NCBI GenBank assembly: GCA_003141835.1
Contig: PLNR01000009.1
Coordinates: 136,307 to 200,306, forward strand
DNA: 64,000 nucleotides
Source: Candidatus Omnitrophota bacterium
GTDB taxonomy: Bacteria > Omnitrophota > Gorgyraeia > Pluralincolimonadales > Pluralincolimonadaceae
Reading direction: 5' to 3'
Shown: piece by piece, positions 37,124-47,641 of the stretch
Layout of the letters: every line of letters starts with the position of its first letter
How positions within the stretch are numbered: position 1 is the stretch's first letter
Notes under the pieces: generated by a model
The model's database searches: none
Told to the model about the DNA's origin: nothing
What the model saw: the letters and a program-made list of their open reading frames with translations, nothing else
Translations under genes and position numbers: made by a program

Positions 37124-38278
37124 TCACTTTCTTAACTGCTCTTTCAGCACTTCGAGCGCTATTATGTTCCGTTGTATCTGGTTGGTGCCTTCGTAAATCT
37201 GGGTTATCTTAGCGTCGCGCATGTATTTTTCTACCGGGTAATCGCGCATATAACCGTAACCGCCGAGTACCTGGACCGCGTCGGTCGTGACCTTCATAGC
37301 GGTATCCGACGCGAATAACTTCACCATCGCGGATTCCTTCGAAACATCCCTCGCTCCCGAATCTACCATCCTCGCAACGGCATAGGTCAGCGCGCGTGCC
37401 GCCTCTATCTGGGTAGCCATGTCCGCGATCATGAACTGGAGCCCCTGGAACGACGATATCGTCTTGCCGAACTGCTTGCGCTCGCGCGAATATTTGACCG
37501 CGTGGTCGAGCGCGCCCTGCGCTATGCCGACTGCCTGCGCCGCAACGCCGGGGCGCGACTTGTCGAAAGTCTTCATCGCGACTATAAAACCCATGCCCTC
37601 CCGCCCGAGAAGATTATCTTTATGGACCTTGCACTCATTGAATATCAATTCGCGGGTAGCGGAGGCACGTATGCCGAGTTTCTTCTCTTTCTTTCCGAAA
37701 TCAAAACCGGGGGTACCTTTTTCAACTATAAAAAAGCTTGCGCCGCGCGCGCCCTTCTCCCTGTCGGTCATCGCGATGACCGAATATATCTCCGCCTCTC
37801 CGCCGTTGGTTATCCACTGCTTGACGCCGTTCAATACGTAATAGTCGCCTTCTTTCCTTGCGGTCGTGGCGATAGCACCCGCGTCTGAACCGGCGCCTGC
37901 CTCGGTCAAGGCAAAAGCGGCAAGTTTCTTGCCGCTGGCTATATCAGGCAGATATTTTTGTTTCTGCTCATCATTGCCGAACAATATTATAGGGTATGTC
38001 CCGAGAGCGGTCGCCGCGAAGCATATCGCGATGCCGCCGCACGCGCGCGAGAGTTCCTCGGTCACGAGGCAGAGTTCCATAGCCCCGCCTCCGAGCCCGC
38101 CGTATTTCTCCTCAATATATACGCCGCAGAGGTCTGACTCGGCCATGACCTTCATTATGTCCCACGGGAAGGTCTCTTTCTCGTCGTGCTCCGCCGCGAC
38201 AGGCGCTATCTTCTCTTTGGCTATCTTCCGGGCCAGGTCGCGAACCATTATCTGCTGTTCGGTCAATAAATAATCCAT
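37124..38278 (-). CDS. acyl-CoA dehydrogenase (butyryl-CoA dehydrogenase-like)
   Basis: 384 aa of the ACAD family with a catalytic glutamate near the C-terminus (YEGTNQIQ). Confidence 0.88.
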   Translation of the reverse strand: MDYLLTEQQIMVRDLARKIAKEKIAPVAAEHDEKETFPWDIMKVMAESDLCGVYIEEKYGGLGGGAMELCLVTEELSRACGGIAICFAATALGTYPIILFGNDEQKQKYLPDIASGKKLAAFALTEAGAGSDAGAIATTARKEGDYYVLNGVKQWITNGGEAEIYSVIAMTDREKGARGASFFIVEKGTPGFDFGKKEKKLGIRASATRELIFNECKVHKDNLLGREGMGFIVAMKTFDKSRPGVAAQAVGIAQGALDHAVKYSRERKQFGKTISSFQGLQFMIADMATQIEAARALTYAVARMVDSGARDVSKESAMVKLFASDTAMKVTTDAVQVLGGYGYMRDYPVEKYMRDAKITQIYEGTNQIQRNIIALEVLKEQLRK

Positions 38279-38299
38279 CTCATCACCCCTTATTGTGGT

Positions 38300-39547
38300 T
38301 TACGGAAGGAATTTTTTTACGGCGACGCACGCGTTGTGCCCGCCGAAGCCGAAGGCGTTCGATATGGCGACGTTCACCTTGGCGCTTCTCGCTTTATTCG
38401 GGACGTAATCGAGATCGCAGTCCGGGTCCGGAGTCTCGTAATTTATAGTGGGCGGGATCATATCCTCTTTTACGGCCATGACGCTGGCGATGAATTCTAT
38501 TCCGCCGGCCGCGCCCAGACAATGCCCGGTCATTGATTTGGTAGAGCTGACCGGTATATTATATGCCTGCTTGCCGAATAATTTCTTTATGGCGAGCGTC
38601 TCTATCTTATCGTTCAGCTCGGTCGATGTGCCGTGCGCATTTATATAAGAGACCTCTTCCAACTTCAAGCCTCCGTCCTGCAAAGCAAGTTTCATGCACA
38701 TCGCTGCGCCCTCGCCGTTAGGGTCGGGGGCGGTCATATGGTAAGCGTCGCCGCACATCCCGTAGCCGGCCACTTCAGCGTAGATCTTGGCCCCGCGCTT
38801 AGTTGCGTGGCCAAGCTCCTCTAATAAGGCTATGCCGCTGCCCTCGCCCATAACGAACCCGTCGCGGCCCTTATCGAACGGCCTGCTTGCCTTTTCAGGC
38901 TCGCTATTCCTCTTCGAGAGGGCCGTAAGGGCGCAGAAACCGCCCACACCCGTCTCGACAATAGCCGCCTCGGCGCCGCCGGATACCATCATATCCGCGT
39001 AGCCGTGCTGGATAAGCCTGAACGCCTCGCCTATCGAATGGTTGCCGGTTGCGCACGCCGTGGCCACACAGGAATTCGGACCTTTTATCCCGCATGATAT
39101 CGAGATCTGTCCGGGAGCCATGTTAACGATGAGCATCGGTATGAGTAGCGGTCCGAGCCTCGAGGGGCCCTTCTCTTTCCAGATGAGGGTCTGGTCCTGG
39201 ATGACCTTAAGGCCGCCTATCCCTGAACCGACAAGGACGCCTATGCGATACGGGTCTTCCTTGGATATGTCCAGGCCTGCGTCCTCCAGCGCCATCTTGG
39301 CGCTGTAGACCGCGAATTGCACAAAGCGGTCCATCCTCCTCATCTCGCGCGGGGTGGTTATATACTTGGATGGGTCGAAGCTCTTGACCTCGCAGGCTAT
39401 CTGGGAATCAAAAGCCGAGGGGTCAAAGTGGGTTATCCTTCCCGCGCCGCTTTTCCCGGCGAGCAGGGACTTCCACAGGTCGTCTTTGGTATTCCCGACC
39501 GGAGTGACGGCACCAAGGCCCGTTACGACTACTCTTCTCTTATCCAT
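38300..39547 (-). CDS. fabF: 3-oxoacyl-ACP synthase II
   Basis: 415 aa with the KAS II active-site C/H/H residues. Confidence 0.92.
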   Translation of the reverse strand: MDKRRVVVTGLGAVTPVGNTKDDLWKSLLAGKSGAGRITHFDPSAFDSQIACEVKSFDPSKYITTPREMRRMDRFVQFAVYSAKMALEDAGLDISKEDPYRIGVLVGSGIGGLKVIQDQTLIWKEKGPSRLGPLLIPMLIVNMAPGQISISCGIKGPNSCVATACATGNHSIGEAFRLIQHGYADMMVSGGAEAAIVETGVGGFCALTALSKRNSEPEKASRPFDKGRDGFVMGEGSGIALLEELGHATKRGAKIYAEVAGYGMCGDAYHMTAPDPNGEGAAMCMKLALQDGGLKLEEVSYINAHGTSTELNDKIETLAIKKLFGKQAYNIPVSSTKSMTGHCLGAAGGIEFIASVMAVKEDMIPPTINYETPDPDCDLDYVPNKARSAKVNVAISNAFGFGGHNACVAVKKFLP

Positions 39548-39577
39548 AAAAAAACTTAAGGACTACCCCTTGTGGGG

Positions 39578-39820
39578 TTAGGCCTTGGCCGACCTTTCTT
39601 CTATATACTTGATGGCCTCTCCGACGGTCTTCATCTTCTCGGCGTCTTCATCGGGTATCTCAGCCTTGAATTCCTCTTCGAGGGCCATTACTATCTCTAC
39701 CGTATCAAGCGAATCCGCGCCCAGGTCATCGATGAACGTCGCCTGGGGGGTGACCTCTTCAAGTTTTACGCCCAATTGTTTCGCTATTATCTCTCTTACT
39801 TTATCTGCTACAGCTGACAT
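39578..39820 (-). CDS. acpP: acyl carrier protein
   Basis: [10 protein letters not shown] carries the phosphopantetheinyl serine. The start is set at the ATG with an AAGGAGGAG ribosome-binding site; the longest ORF extends further upstream. Confidence 0.9.
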   Translation of the reverse strand: MSAVADKVREIIAKQLGVKLEEVTPQATFIDDLGADSLDTVEIVMALEEEFKAEIPDEDAEKMKTVGEAIKYIEERSAKA

Positions 39821-39842
39821 GTACTCCTCCTTTTTGAGTTGA

Positions 39843-40583
39843 CTACATAACCATTCCGCCGTCAACCTTGATCACTTGTCCTGTTATGTATGACGACGCG
39901 TCAGATGCCAAAAACATAGCGAGATTCGCTACGTCGTTTGCCTTCCCGAATCTATTTAAAGGGATGTAGGCCAACATCTGGGACTTGACGTTCTCGGGAA
40001 GCTTTGCGGTCATGTCCGTTTCGATGAAGCCCGGAGCGATCGCGTTTACATTGACGTTCCTTGACGCCAGCTCCTTCGCGACACTCTTCGTGATCCCTAT
40101 TATTCCGGCTTTCGAGGCCGCGTAATTGGCCTGTCCGGCATTGCCCATTATACCGATTATCGAAGCGATCGATACTATCTTGCCGTACCTCTGCTTCATC
40201 ATAACCTTGGCGAGCGCCTTCGTGCAATTGAATGTGCCCTTTAGGTTTACGGCAATTACGGCATCGAAATCCTGTTCGCTCATCCGCACGATCAGGGCGT
40301 CCCTGGTTATGCCTGCGTTGTTAATCAGTATATCGATTTTCTGAAATTTGTCAAGCGTCTTATTGACCATTTCCTCGACTTGGGAGAGGTTCGTGACATC
40401 GACTACAAAAGCCTCCGCTTTGCGGCCTAAAGCCTCTATTTCTTTCTTTGTGGCGCTCAGCGTCTCCTGGTTTACGTCGCAGATAACGATATCCGAGCCC
40501 TCTTTGGCGAATGCCAGGGCTATCTCCCTGCCTATACCCCTCGCGCCGCCGGTTATCAGGCTCACCCTGTCCTTGAATATCAT
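39843..40583 (-). CDS. fabG: 3-oxoacyl-ACP reductase
   Basis: 246-aa short-chain dehydrogenase with TGGARGIG and YxxxK. Confidence 0.9.
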   Translation of the reverse strand: MIFKDRVSLITGGARGIGREIALAFAKEGSDIVICDVNQETLSATKKEIEALGRKAEAFVVDVTNLSQVEEMVNKTLDKFQKIDILINNAGITRDALIVRMSEQDFDAVIAVNLKGTFNCTKALAKVMMKQRYGKIVSIASIIGIMGNAGQANYAASKAGIIGITKSVAKELASRNVNVNAIAPGFIETDMTAKLPENVKSQMLAYIPLNRFGKANDVANLAMFLASDASSYITGQVIKVDGGMVM

Positions 40584-40584
40584 A

Positions 40585-41544
40585 TCAGCCTCCTATCGCT
40601 TCTTTAATGGCGGTGATATCCGCCGTTGTCTCGACATTCAAACACTCCAGTTGAGGGTCTATCCTCCTCAAAAGCCCGGCCAATACCTTCCCAGGCCCTA
40701 CTTCTATATATCTTTTTATCCCTCCTGCGGAGGGACTTTGTTCCCTTCCGGCTAAAAATTTTATCGAATCTTCCCACATCACGGACGACTTGACCTGCGC
40801 GACCAGGTTGGCTTTTATTTCTTCAGGGGATGACTCGTATCCTGCGTTAACGTTCGTGACCACCTTTATCTTCGGGGACTTTACCTCTATCTTGCCCATT
40901 TCGGCGTTCAACTTTTGGGCGGCAGGCTCCATCAGGCTTGAGTGGAACGCGCCGCTGACATCGAGGGGTATGACCTTCCTGGCTCCCCTCTCCTTCGCCA
41001 GGTTCGAGGCAGCCTCGACCTTTTCCTTGGCCCCGGAGATCACTACCTGGCCCGGGGAATTGAGGTTCGCTATCTCAGTACCGGTCTCGGCGCATACTTT
41101 TTTGGTCTCTTCCAGGGAAAGGCCTATGACCGAGGCCATAGTGCCTGGATTCTGGCGCGACGCCTCTTCCATGAACTGCCCGCGCTTTCTTACCAGCGAG
41201 ACTGCATCTTCGAAAGTCATGGATCCTGCCGCGACAAGCGCCGTGTATTCCCCCAGGCTCAAACCGAGAACAGCCTTCGGCGCGAATTGGCCCGAAAGCG
41301 GTAATACCGATTCGAGCGCCCTTAAGGAAGCGATAGACGCAGTCAATATCGCCGGCTGGCAGATATCCGTGCGCGTCAATTCTTCCTTAGGCCCCTCAAA
41401 ACAGAGCTTCGTTATATCGAGGCCTAAAATATGGTTTGCTTTTTCGAATATGACTTTTGCGGCGGGAAACTGGTCGTATAGGTCCTTGCCCATTCCTACA
41501 TACTGGGCGCCTTGTCCGGGGAAGATCAGGGCGAAGTCTACCAT
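40585..41544 (-). CDS. fabD: malonyl-CoA:ACP transacylase
   Basis: FPGQGAQ and GLSLGE motifs. The start is placed at the internal ATG just after the fabH stop. Confidence 0.88.
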   Translation of the reverse strand: MVDFALIFPGQGAQYVGMGKDLYDQFPAAKVIFEKANHILGLDITKLCFEGPKEELTRTDICQPAILTASIASLRALESVLPLSGQFAPKAVLGLSLGEYTALVAAGSMTFEDAVSLVRKRGQFMEEASRQNPGTMASVIGLSLEETKKVCAETGTEIANLNSPGQVVISGAKEKVEAASNLAKERGARKVIPLDVSGAFHSSLMEPAAQKLNAEMGKIEVKSPKIKVVTNVNAGYESSPEEIKANLVAQVKSSVMWEDSIKFLAGREQSPSAGGIKRYIEVGPGKVLAGLLRRIDPQLECLNVETTADITAIKEAIGG

Positions 41545-42551
41545 TCTATTATGCAGGAGCCCCATACGAAACCGCTGCCGAAAGCGACCAAAAGGACCTT
41601 GTCGCCTCTTTTGACGCGGCCTTCCTTGACGGCCTCATATAAAGCCACGATGGCCGAGGCCGCCGACATATTACCGTACCTGTCGACATTCACGAATACC
41701 TTCTCCATCGGTATCTTCACGCGCTCAACTACGGCTTCTATTATCCTTATGTTCGCCTGGTGCGGTATGACGCAGTCGATATCCCCTGTGGTAAGCCCTG
41801 CCTTGTGCAGTACTTTCGCACAGGCATCGGTCATGACGCGCACGGCGTTCTTGAAGACATCGTTGCCTTCCATCTTCAAAAAATGCATGCCTTCGGTAAC
41901 CGTCTTGTGCGATGCCGGATGGGCAGACCCGCCTGCCGGGCACATCAGGAGACGGCTCTTCGTCCCGTCTGCGCCCAGGTAAGAAGATATTATCCCGCCC
42001 TTCTTTACCGGGGCTATTACGGCGGCCCCTGCCCCATCCCCGAAGAGGACGCAGGTCGAGCGGTCTTTCCAGTCCGTAAAACGCGAGAGCAGTTCTGCGC
42101 CGATAACGAGCACGTTCTTGTACATCCCGCTTTCGACGAACTGCTGGGCTATCGCCAATTCATGTATAAATCCGGAGCATGCGGCGTTTATATCGAAGCA
42201 GGCCGCGTTGACCGCGCCGAGTTTCGCCTGGACAATGCAGCTCGTCGCGGGAAAAGGCATATCCGGGGAGATGGACGCCAATATGATGAGCTCCACATCC
42301 TTGATCTCGAGTTTTGCGTCCCTCAAGGCCATCTTCGCGGCGTTTACCGCAAGGTCGGATGTGACCTCTTTCTCGTCGGCTATCCTGCGCTCGGAGATGC
42401 CGGTGCGCGTCCTTATCCAATCATCCGACGTATCGACCAGTTTCTCGAGGTCGGCGTTGGTCATGACCTTCCTGGGAAGATAAGCGCCCAGGCCGGTGAT
42501 CCCGGCGGTTATCCCCGTATGCTTTTTTATTGTCTTGGATTTTGGTGTCAT
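41538..42551 (-). CDS. fabH: 3-oxoacyl-ACP synthase III
   Basis: 337 aa of the KAS III family. Confidence 0.9.
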   Translation of the reverse strand: MTPKSKTIKKHTGITAGITGLGAYLPRKVMTNADLEKLVDTSDDWIRTRTGISERRIADEKEVTSDLAVNAAKMALRDAKLEIKDVELIILASISPDMPFPATSCIVQAKLGAVNAACFDINAACSGFIHELAIAQQFVESGMYKNVLVIGAELLSRFTDWKDRSTCVLFGDGAGAAVIAPVKKGGIISSYLGADGTKSRLLMCPAGGSAHPASHKTVTEGMHFLKMEGNDVFKNAVRVMTDACAKVLHKAGLTTGDIDCVIPHQANIRIIEAVVERVKIPMEKVFVNVDRYGNMSAASAIVALYEAVKEGRVKRGDKVLLVAFGSGFVWGSCIIEW

Positions 42552-43540
42552 GAGGTTTTTTTGACTGACTCGAGGATATGCTGGTTGACCTGGTGTTCGA
42601 CGAACGCGCCGGCCACCCTGATTGCGTTCTTTATGGCTTTCGCAGAAGAACGGCCGTGGCTTATGATGCAGATCCCGTTGACCCCGAGTAACGGCGCCCC
42701 GCCGTGCTCGGCGTAATCCATCTGCTTCTTGACCGCCGTAAACGCCGGGGCGGTAAGCAGCCCGCCGAGTATCCTGAGCGGGTCCCTCTTGAGTTCGTCT
42801 TTTATGAACGAGCCTATCGTGGTGGCTATGGATTCGGCGACTTTCAGTACGACATTGCCGGTATAGCCGTCACAGACGACTACATCGAATTTCCCCGCGA
42901 ATATGTCCCTTCCTTCGGCATTGCCCTGAAAATTGAGTTTGCTCGATTCGAGGAGCAGGTGTGTCTCCTTCAGGAAATCCGGGCCCTTGGTCGATTCCTC
43001 GCCTATATTCAAAAGCCCGATCGACGGGTTTTCTTTCCCCAATATATGCCTTACATAAACATCGCCCATAAGGCCGAAACCCATCAGGTGCGAGGGTTCG
43101 GGATTTATCGTAGCGCCGCAGTCTATCATCACGATCGGCCCCTTCATGGAAGGAAGTAGGACCGCGATACCGGGCCGCTCGACGCCCGGAAGGCGCCTTA
43201 ATGACATTATCGCCGCGCTGACAAAAGCCGCCGTATTGCCGGCCGAAACGACCGCGTCGGCCTTGCCCTCCTTGACCAGGTCGGTCGCCACGCATATCGA
43301 GGAGTCTTTTTTGTTGCGGGCGCTTGTCGCACCGGGTTCGTCCATGCCGATTACCTCGGACGCGTGGTGCACAGTGACGCCCGGCGGAACAGAACCGGCC
43401 TTTGAAAGCTCGTCCTCTATCCTCGCCTTATCCCCGACTATAATTACTTCAAAACCGTATTCTGTAGCGGCAAGGATTGCCCCTTCGACTACTGCTTTGG
43501 GGGCATAATCCCCTCCCATACCGTCAACGGCTATCTTCAT
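42548..43540 (-). CDS. plsX: phosphate acyltransferase
   Basis: 330 aa of the PlsX family. Confidence 0.9.
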   Translation of the reverse strand: MKIAVDGMGGDYAPKAVVEGAILAATEYGFEVIIVGDKARIEDELSKAGSVPPGVTVHHASEVIGMDEPGATSARNKKDSSICVATDLVKEGKADAVVSAGNTAAFVSAAIMSLRRLPGVERPGIAVLLPSMKGPIVMIDCGATINPEPSHLMGFGLMGDVYVRHILGKENPSIGLLNIGEESTKGPDFLKETHLLLESSKLNFQGNAEGRDIFAGKFDVVVCDGYTGNVVLKVAESIATTIGSFIKDELKRDPLRILGGLLTAPAFTAVKKQMDYAEHGGAPLLGVNGICIISHGRSSAKAIKNAIRVAGAFVEHQVNQHILESVKKTS

Positions 43541-43734
43541 TTCTTCTTCTCTTCCTTTTTCTTGATCTCGATGACCTTGCGTCCTTTATAGTATCCGCAG
43601 CTCGGGCATACCTGGTGCGGCCTCACCGGCGCGAAACACTGCGTGCATTTGGTGACCTCAGGGGTCGCCAGCACCTGGTGCGTGCGCGATTTATCGCGCC
43701 TCATTTTGGAATGTTTTCTTTTTGGTAATGCCAT
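43537..43734 (-). CDS. rpmF: 50S ribosomal protein L32
   Basis: 65 aa beginning MALPKRKHSKMRRDKSR with a C4 zinc ribbon. Confidence 0.9.
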   Translation of the reverse strand: MALPKRKHSKMRRDKSRTHQVLATPEVTKCTQCFAPVRPHQVCPSCGYYKGRKVIEIKKKEEKKK

Positions 43735-43751
43735 TTCGATCTACTCCTTCG

Positions 43752-44198
43752 TTAGTTACTGCTTTTTTCTATCCGGTTCCATTTCTGCACGTCTGTTTTG
43801 TGTCCGCAGCTGCCTTCGTTCAGGTTCTTGCCGCAGACCTGGCAAAGCCCCTTGCAGCCCTCCTTGCATAATGGTTTGACGGGGTATTCGAGTATTATCT
43901 CCGAACGTATGTCATCGGTCATGTCGACTACGTTCTTCCCCCTCAGGTCGTAACTGAAATCGAAATCCCTTTTGAAATCCACCGTGTATGAGGAAAGGCA
44001 GCGGCTGCATACCGCCTCTATCTTACCGCCGGCCGTGACATGCGCGTATGCCTCATCCTTGTCCCTGTTGATAAAAATCGTAAGCGTTATCGGCGTCACG
44101 AATTTCAGGTCGTCCCTTGCCAGGTCCAGTTCCGAGGCGTCGCGCTTCTCCTCGATAGTCAGCCCTTCCTGCGGGATGTCGTTTATTTTTATCTTCAT
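43752..44198 (-). CDS. yceD: YceD/DUF177 family protein
   Basis: 148 aa with a C-terminal CxxC...CxxC motif, directly upstream of rpmF. Confidence 0.8.
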   Translation of the reverse strand: MKIKINDIPQEGLTIEEKRDASELDLARDDLKFVTPITLTIFINRDKDEAYAHVTAGGKIEAVCSRCLSSYTVDFKRDFDFSYDLRGKNVVDMTDDIRSEIILEYPVKPLCKEGCKGLCQVCGKNLNEGSCGHKTDVQKWNRIEKSSN

Positions 44199-44674
44199 CG
44201 TTGTTTTTGCGCGAGCGCCTTGGCCACGAACGGCGGGACGAAACTCTTTACGTCGGCCCCCAGCGCGTGCGCCTCCTTTATAAGTTTTGACGAGAGGTAA
44301 GAATATGCTTCGGAGGGCATCATGAATATCGTCTCGATATCCTGTGCCAGTTTCCTGTTGGTCAGGGCCATCTGGAATTCGTATTCGAAATCCGATAGCA
44401 TCCTCAGGCCGCGTATCATGACCATCGAGCCTTTGCCCCTGACATAATTGACGGCCAGGCCGCCGAAGTCCTCGATGACTACGCCCTTCATGCCCCTGGT
44501 CGCCTTTTTGAGCATCGCTATCCGCTCTTCAACGCTGAACAAGGGCTCTTTTTCCGCGTTGTGCGCGACCGCTATTATCACGGTGTCAAAGATCTTGAGA
44601 GCTCTCTTTATGAGATCTATATGGCCGTAGGTTACGGGATCAAAAGTCCCCGGGTAGACCGCTTTTCTCTTCAT
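44195..44674 (-). CDS. coaD: phosphopantetheine adenylyltransferase
   Basis: YPGTFDPVTYGH motif. Confidence 0.92.
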   Translation of the reverse strand: MKRKAVYPGTFDPVTYGHIDLIKRALKIFDTVIIAVAHNAEKEPLFSVEERIAMLKKATRGMKGVVIEDFGGLAVNYVRGKGSMVMIRGLRMLSDFEYEFQMALTNRKLAQDIETIFMMPSEAYSYLSSKLIKEAHALGADVKSFVPPFVAKALAQKQR

Positions 44675-45255
44675 TATCTGGTTTGGCCCTTACAGTAAAA
44701 AGAAACCAGCGTGTCGCCGTACCTTGCGGTACGAAAGAGCTTAAGACCCCCGCTTGAATCCGGTAACAGGTCATGCTTGGAATGCTCTATAACCGCTACG
44801 CCAGTTTCGGACAATATATCACAACCGGCCAGTAATGACAAGGTTTTTTTGGCGATCTCCTTATAGTAGGGCGGGTCCATGAAGATAATATCGAATCTGG
44901 CGCCGCCCCCGGCAAGCTTCTGGATGGCTGCCTGGGAATCCGAGAAAATAACCTCAGTACGGCCTGGTTGGAGCTCCACACTTTCATGAAAGTGTGGGAC
45001 AAGGGCCTCGATGTTCTCTTTTATCGCCTTTACCGAGGCGCGGCTATTGTCCACGAATGCGCAGGAGGCGGCGCCGCGGCTCAAAGCTTCCAAGCCCAGG
45101 GCGCCGGAACCGGCAAAAAGGTCGAGCGCCTTCGCCCCTTCGACCGCCCCGCCTAAAATATCGAAAATGGCCTTACGGACGTTATCAAGGGTAGGCCTTA
45201 TGGCCCCGGGCGCCTTGACTATCCTGCTCTTAAAGATGCCGCTTGTTATCCGCAT
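44674..45255 (-). CDS. rsmD: 16S rRNA (guanine966-N2)-methyltransferase
   Basis: 193 aa with DLFAGSGALGLEALSRGA and the DPPY motif. Confidence 0.88.
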   Translation of the reverse strand: MRITSGIFKSRIVKAPGAIRPTLDNVRKAIFDILGGAVEGAKALDLFAGSGALGLEALSRGAASCAFVDNSRASVKAIKENIEALVPHFHESVELQPGRTEVIFSDSQAAIQKLAGGGARFDIIFMDPPYYKEIAKKTLSLLAGCDILSETGVAVIEHSKHDLLPDSSGGLKLFRTARYGDTLVSFYCKGQTR

Positions 45256-45256
45256 G

Positions 45257-47380
45257 TCACGCCTTTAGCTCCGTCTTCCCTGAGAACTTGCGCCTGATCA
45301 TCTCCCTTACCTGCCCGTGTCCGGGTTCCTTAAGCTCAGGGTCTATTTTTACAAGTTCGAACGCCTCCTTGCGCGCCATCTCAAGCTGCTTTACGTTCGC
45401 CACAAGGTTGGCGTAGCGCAATTCCGGAAGCCCGTGCTGCCTTGTCCCGAAGAACTGGCCCGGCCCGCGCAGCTGCAAATCTTCCTCGGCGATATTGAAG
45501 CCGCTGGTCGTGCCGATAAGAGCCTTGAGGCGCTTCTTCGCCTCTTCGGATTCGGTATCGGAGAGCAGGATGCAATAAGAGCGCTGGTTGCCCCTCCCGA
45601 TCCTTCCCCTCAACTGGTGCAGCTGGCTCAATCCGAACCTCTCGGGATTCTCGATGAGCATCACCGAAACATTGGGATTATCGATGCCGACCTCTATTAC
45701 CGTCGTAGAGACGAGGATCTGCACTTTGCCGGACTTGAAATCCGCCATCACGCGCTCTTTCTCCTCGTTGTCGAGCCTGCCGTGGACCAGGCCGACCTTG
45801 AGCTGCGGGAAGACCTCTTTTTTGAATTTTCCGTACATATCAGTGGCCGCCTTGAGGTCCTCTTTCTTGCCTTTTTCTATCAAAGGATAGACGATGAAAG
45901 CCTGGCTTCCGGCCGCGATCTCCTGGGCGATAAATTTATAGATCCCTTCGCGCCTCTGCTCCCCGACCCAATAGGCCTTGGGAGGTATCCTGCCCTTTGG
46001 CATTTCGTCGAGTATCGAGAGATCGAGGTCGCCGTACAGGGTCATCGCGAGCGTCCGCGGTATCGGCGTGGCGGTCATGAAAAGCATGTCAGGATTAAAA
46101 CCCTTTTGTTTCAGCTGGACACGCTGGTCGACGCCGAATTTATGCTGTTCGTCTATTACCGCCAGCCCGAGGTTTTTGAATTTGACGCCTTCCTGGATGA
46201 TGGCGTGGGTCCCTATCACTATATTCGCCCGGCCCTCTTCTATCATTCGTTTCGCTTCGCCCCGCTGCGGCGGGACTTCGTCCCGCGCCTCATCATTTAC
46301 ACTATGGGTAAGCATGACGATGTTTATGCCGAGCGGGCTGAGCAATTTGTTCAGGTTCATGAAGTGCTGCTGGGCGAGTATCTCGGTCGGCGCCATAAGC
46401 ACGCCCTGGTAACCGTTCGATACGGTGAGGACGAGCGCGTACGACGCCACTATCGTCTTGCCCGAGCCGACATCGCCCTCGAGCAGGCGGTTCATCGGCT
46501 TCGTGCTGGCCATATCATTTTCTATATCGGTTATCGCTTTCATCTGGGCATCTGTCAGCTTGAACGGGATGACCTCTTTGAACGACTCCAAAAGCTCTCC
46601 GCCGACCTTATGCGCGATCCCGTCATCAGAGCCTTTAACCCTGGCCTTCCTCTGCGCCAGCGCGACCTGCAGGGCAAAAAATTCATCGAAGACTATGCGC
46701 TCATACGCGGCTTTGCGCAGGTCCTCGCTTTTCGGAAAGTGGATGTTGAAGAGAGCCTCTTTCAATTCAGGCAGGCCGTTCCTGGACCTTATTCCGGCGG
46801 GAAGGAACTCTTCTGTATCTTCGAGGTATTTATCCAGCAGGTTTTTGATTACAGAACGCATCCCCCTCTGGCTTATCCCCTCTGTCAGCGGGTATATCGG
46901 GACGATCCTGCCGGTGTGGATCAGTTCCGCGTCCCCCTCATCCTTTATTATCTCGAACTCGGGGTTCGTTATCTGGATATCCTTGTACCTCTCGACCTTC
47001 CCGTAAAGGACCACTTTGTCGCCGGATCTGAACATCTTCTGCATATACGGCTGGTTGAACCAGACCGCGTAGATGACCCCGGTATCGTCGCCGAAGGCCA
47101 TCTTGAATAACGCCATGCCTTTACCCCGGCGCAGGCCGGCAGTCAGCACCTCGCCCTTTATCGTGGCGTACTCGCCTATTTTGACTTTGTTTATCGTGTT
47201 GAAATGGCTGCGGTCCTCATAGCGGCGCGGGAAATGGTAGAGCAGGTCTTCGACGGTAGATATGTCCAGGCGCGCGAGTATCTCGGCCCTCGCCGGCCCG
47301 ACGCCCTTGACGTAGCGCACCGGGATGGCGCTTAACGCCTCTTTTTTACTGTTGATGTTTTGTCCGGCTTGTGTTATCAT
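45257..47380 (-). CDS. recG: ATP-dependent DNA helicase RecG
   Basis: 707 aa with a wedge domain and superfamily 2 helicase motifs. Confidence 0.92.
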   Translation of the reverse strand: MITQAGQNINSKKEALSAIPVRYVKGVGPARAEILARLDISTVEDLLYHFPRRYEDRSHFNTINKVKIGEYATIKGEVLTAGLRRGKGMALFKMAFGDDTGVIYAVWFNQPYMQKMFRSGDKVVLYGKVERYKDIQITNPEFEIIKDEGDAELIHTGRIVPIYPLTEGISQRGMRSVIKNLLDKYLEDTEEFLPAGIRSRNGLPELKEALFNIHFPKSEDLRKAAYERIVFDEFFALQVALAQRKARVKGSDDGIAHKVGGELLESFKEVIPFKLTDAQMKAITDIENDMASTKPMNRLLEGDVGSGKTIVASYALVLTVSNGYQGVLMAPTEILAQQHFMNLNKLLSPLGINIVMLTHSVNDEARDEVPPQRGEAKRMIEEGRANIVIGTHAIIQEGVKFKNLGLAVIDEQHKFGVDQRVQLKQKGFNPDMLFMTATPIPRTLAMTLYGDLDLSILDEMPKGRIPPKAYWVGEQRREGIYKFIAQEIAAGSQAFIVYPLIEKGKKEDLKAATDMYGKFKKEVFPQLKVGLVHGRLDNEEKERVMADFKSGKVQILVSTTVIEVGIDNPNVSVMLIENPERFGLSQLHQLRGRIGRGNQRSYCILLSDTESEEAKKRLKALIGTTSGFNIAEEDLQLRGPGQFFGTRQHGLPELRYANLVANVKQLEMARKEAFELVKIDPELKEPGHGQVREMIRRKFSGKTELKA

Positions 47381-47413
47381 TATTCACCTAAATAATACTT
47401 CAAGGAGGAAAGC

Positions 47414-47641
47414 ATGTCAAAGGTATGCGATATATGCGGCAAAGGAAAGATGGCGGGTAAGGCCATCAAACGCCGCGGTATGGCCAAGAAAGACGGCGGT
47501 GTCGGCCAGAAGATAACGGGCAGGAGCATCAGGCGCTTCGCCCCCAATCTGCAGAGAATAAAGGTTAATCTGAAAGGCGCCATCAAGACCCTCAAAGTCT
47601 GCACTGCTTGCATCAGGTCGGGTAAAATAGTTAAGGCTTAA
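47414..47641 (+). CDS. rpmB: 50S ribosomal protein L28
   Basis: 75 aa with an L28 zinc ribbon (CDICGKG ... CTAC) and RRFAPNLQ. AAGGAGGA precedes the ATG. This is the only plus-strand gene in the window. Confidence 0.85.
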   Translation: MSKVCDICGKGKMAGKAIKRRGMAKKDGGVGQKITGRSIRRFAPNLQRIKVNLKGAIKTLKVCTACIRSGKIVKA

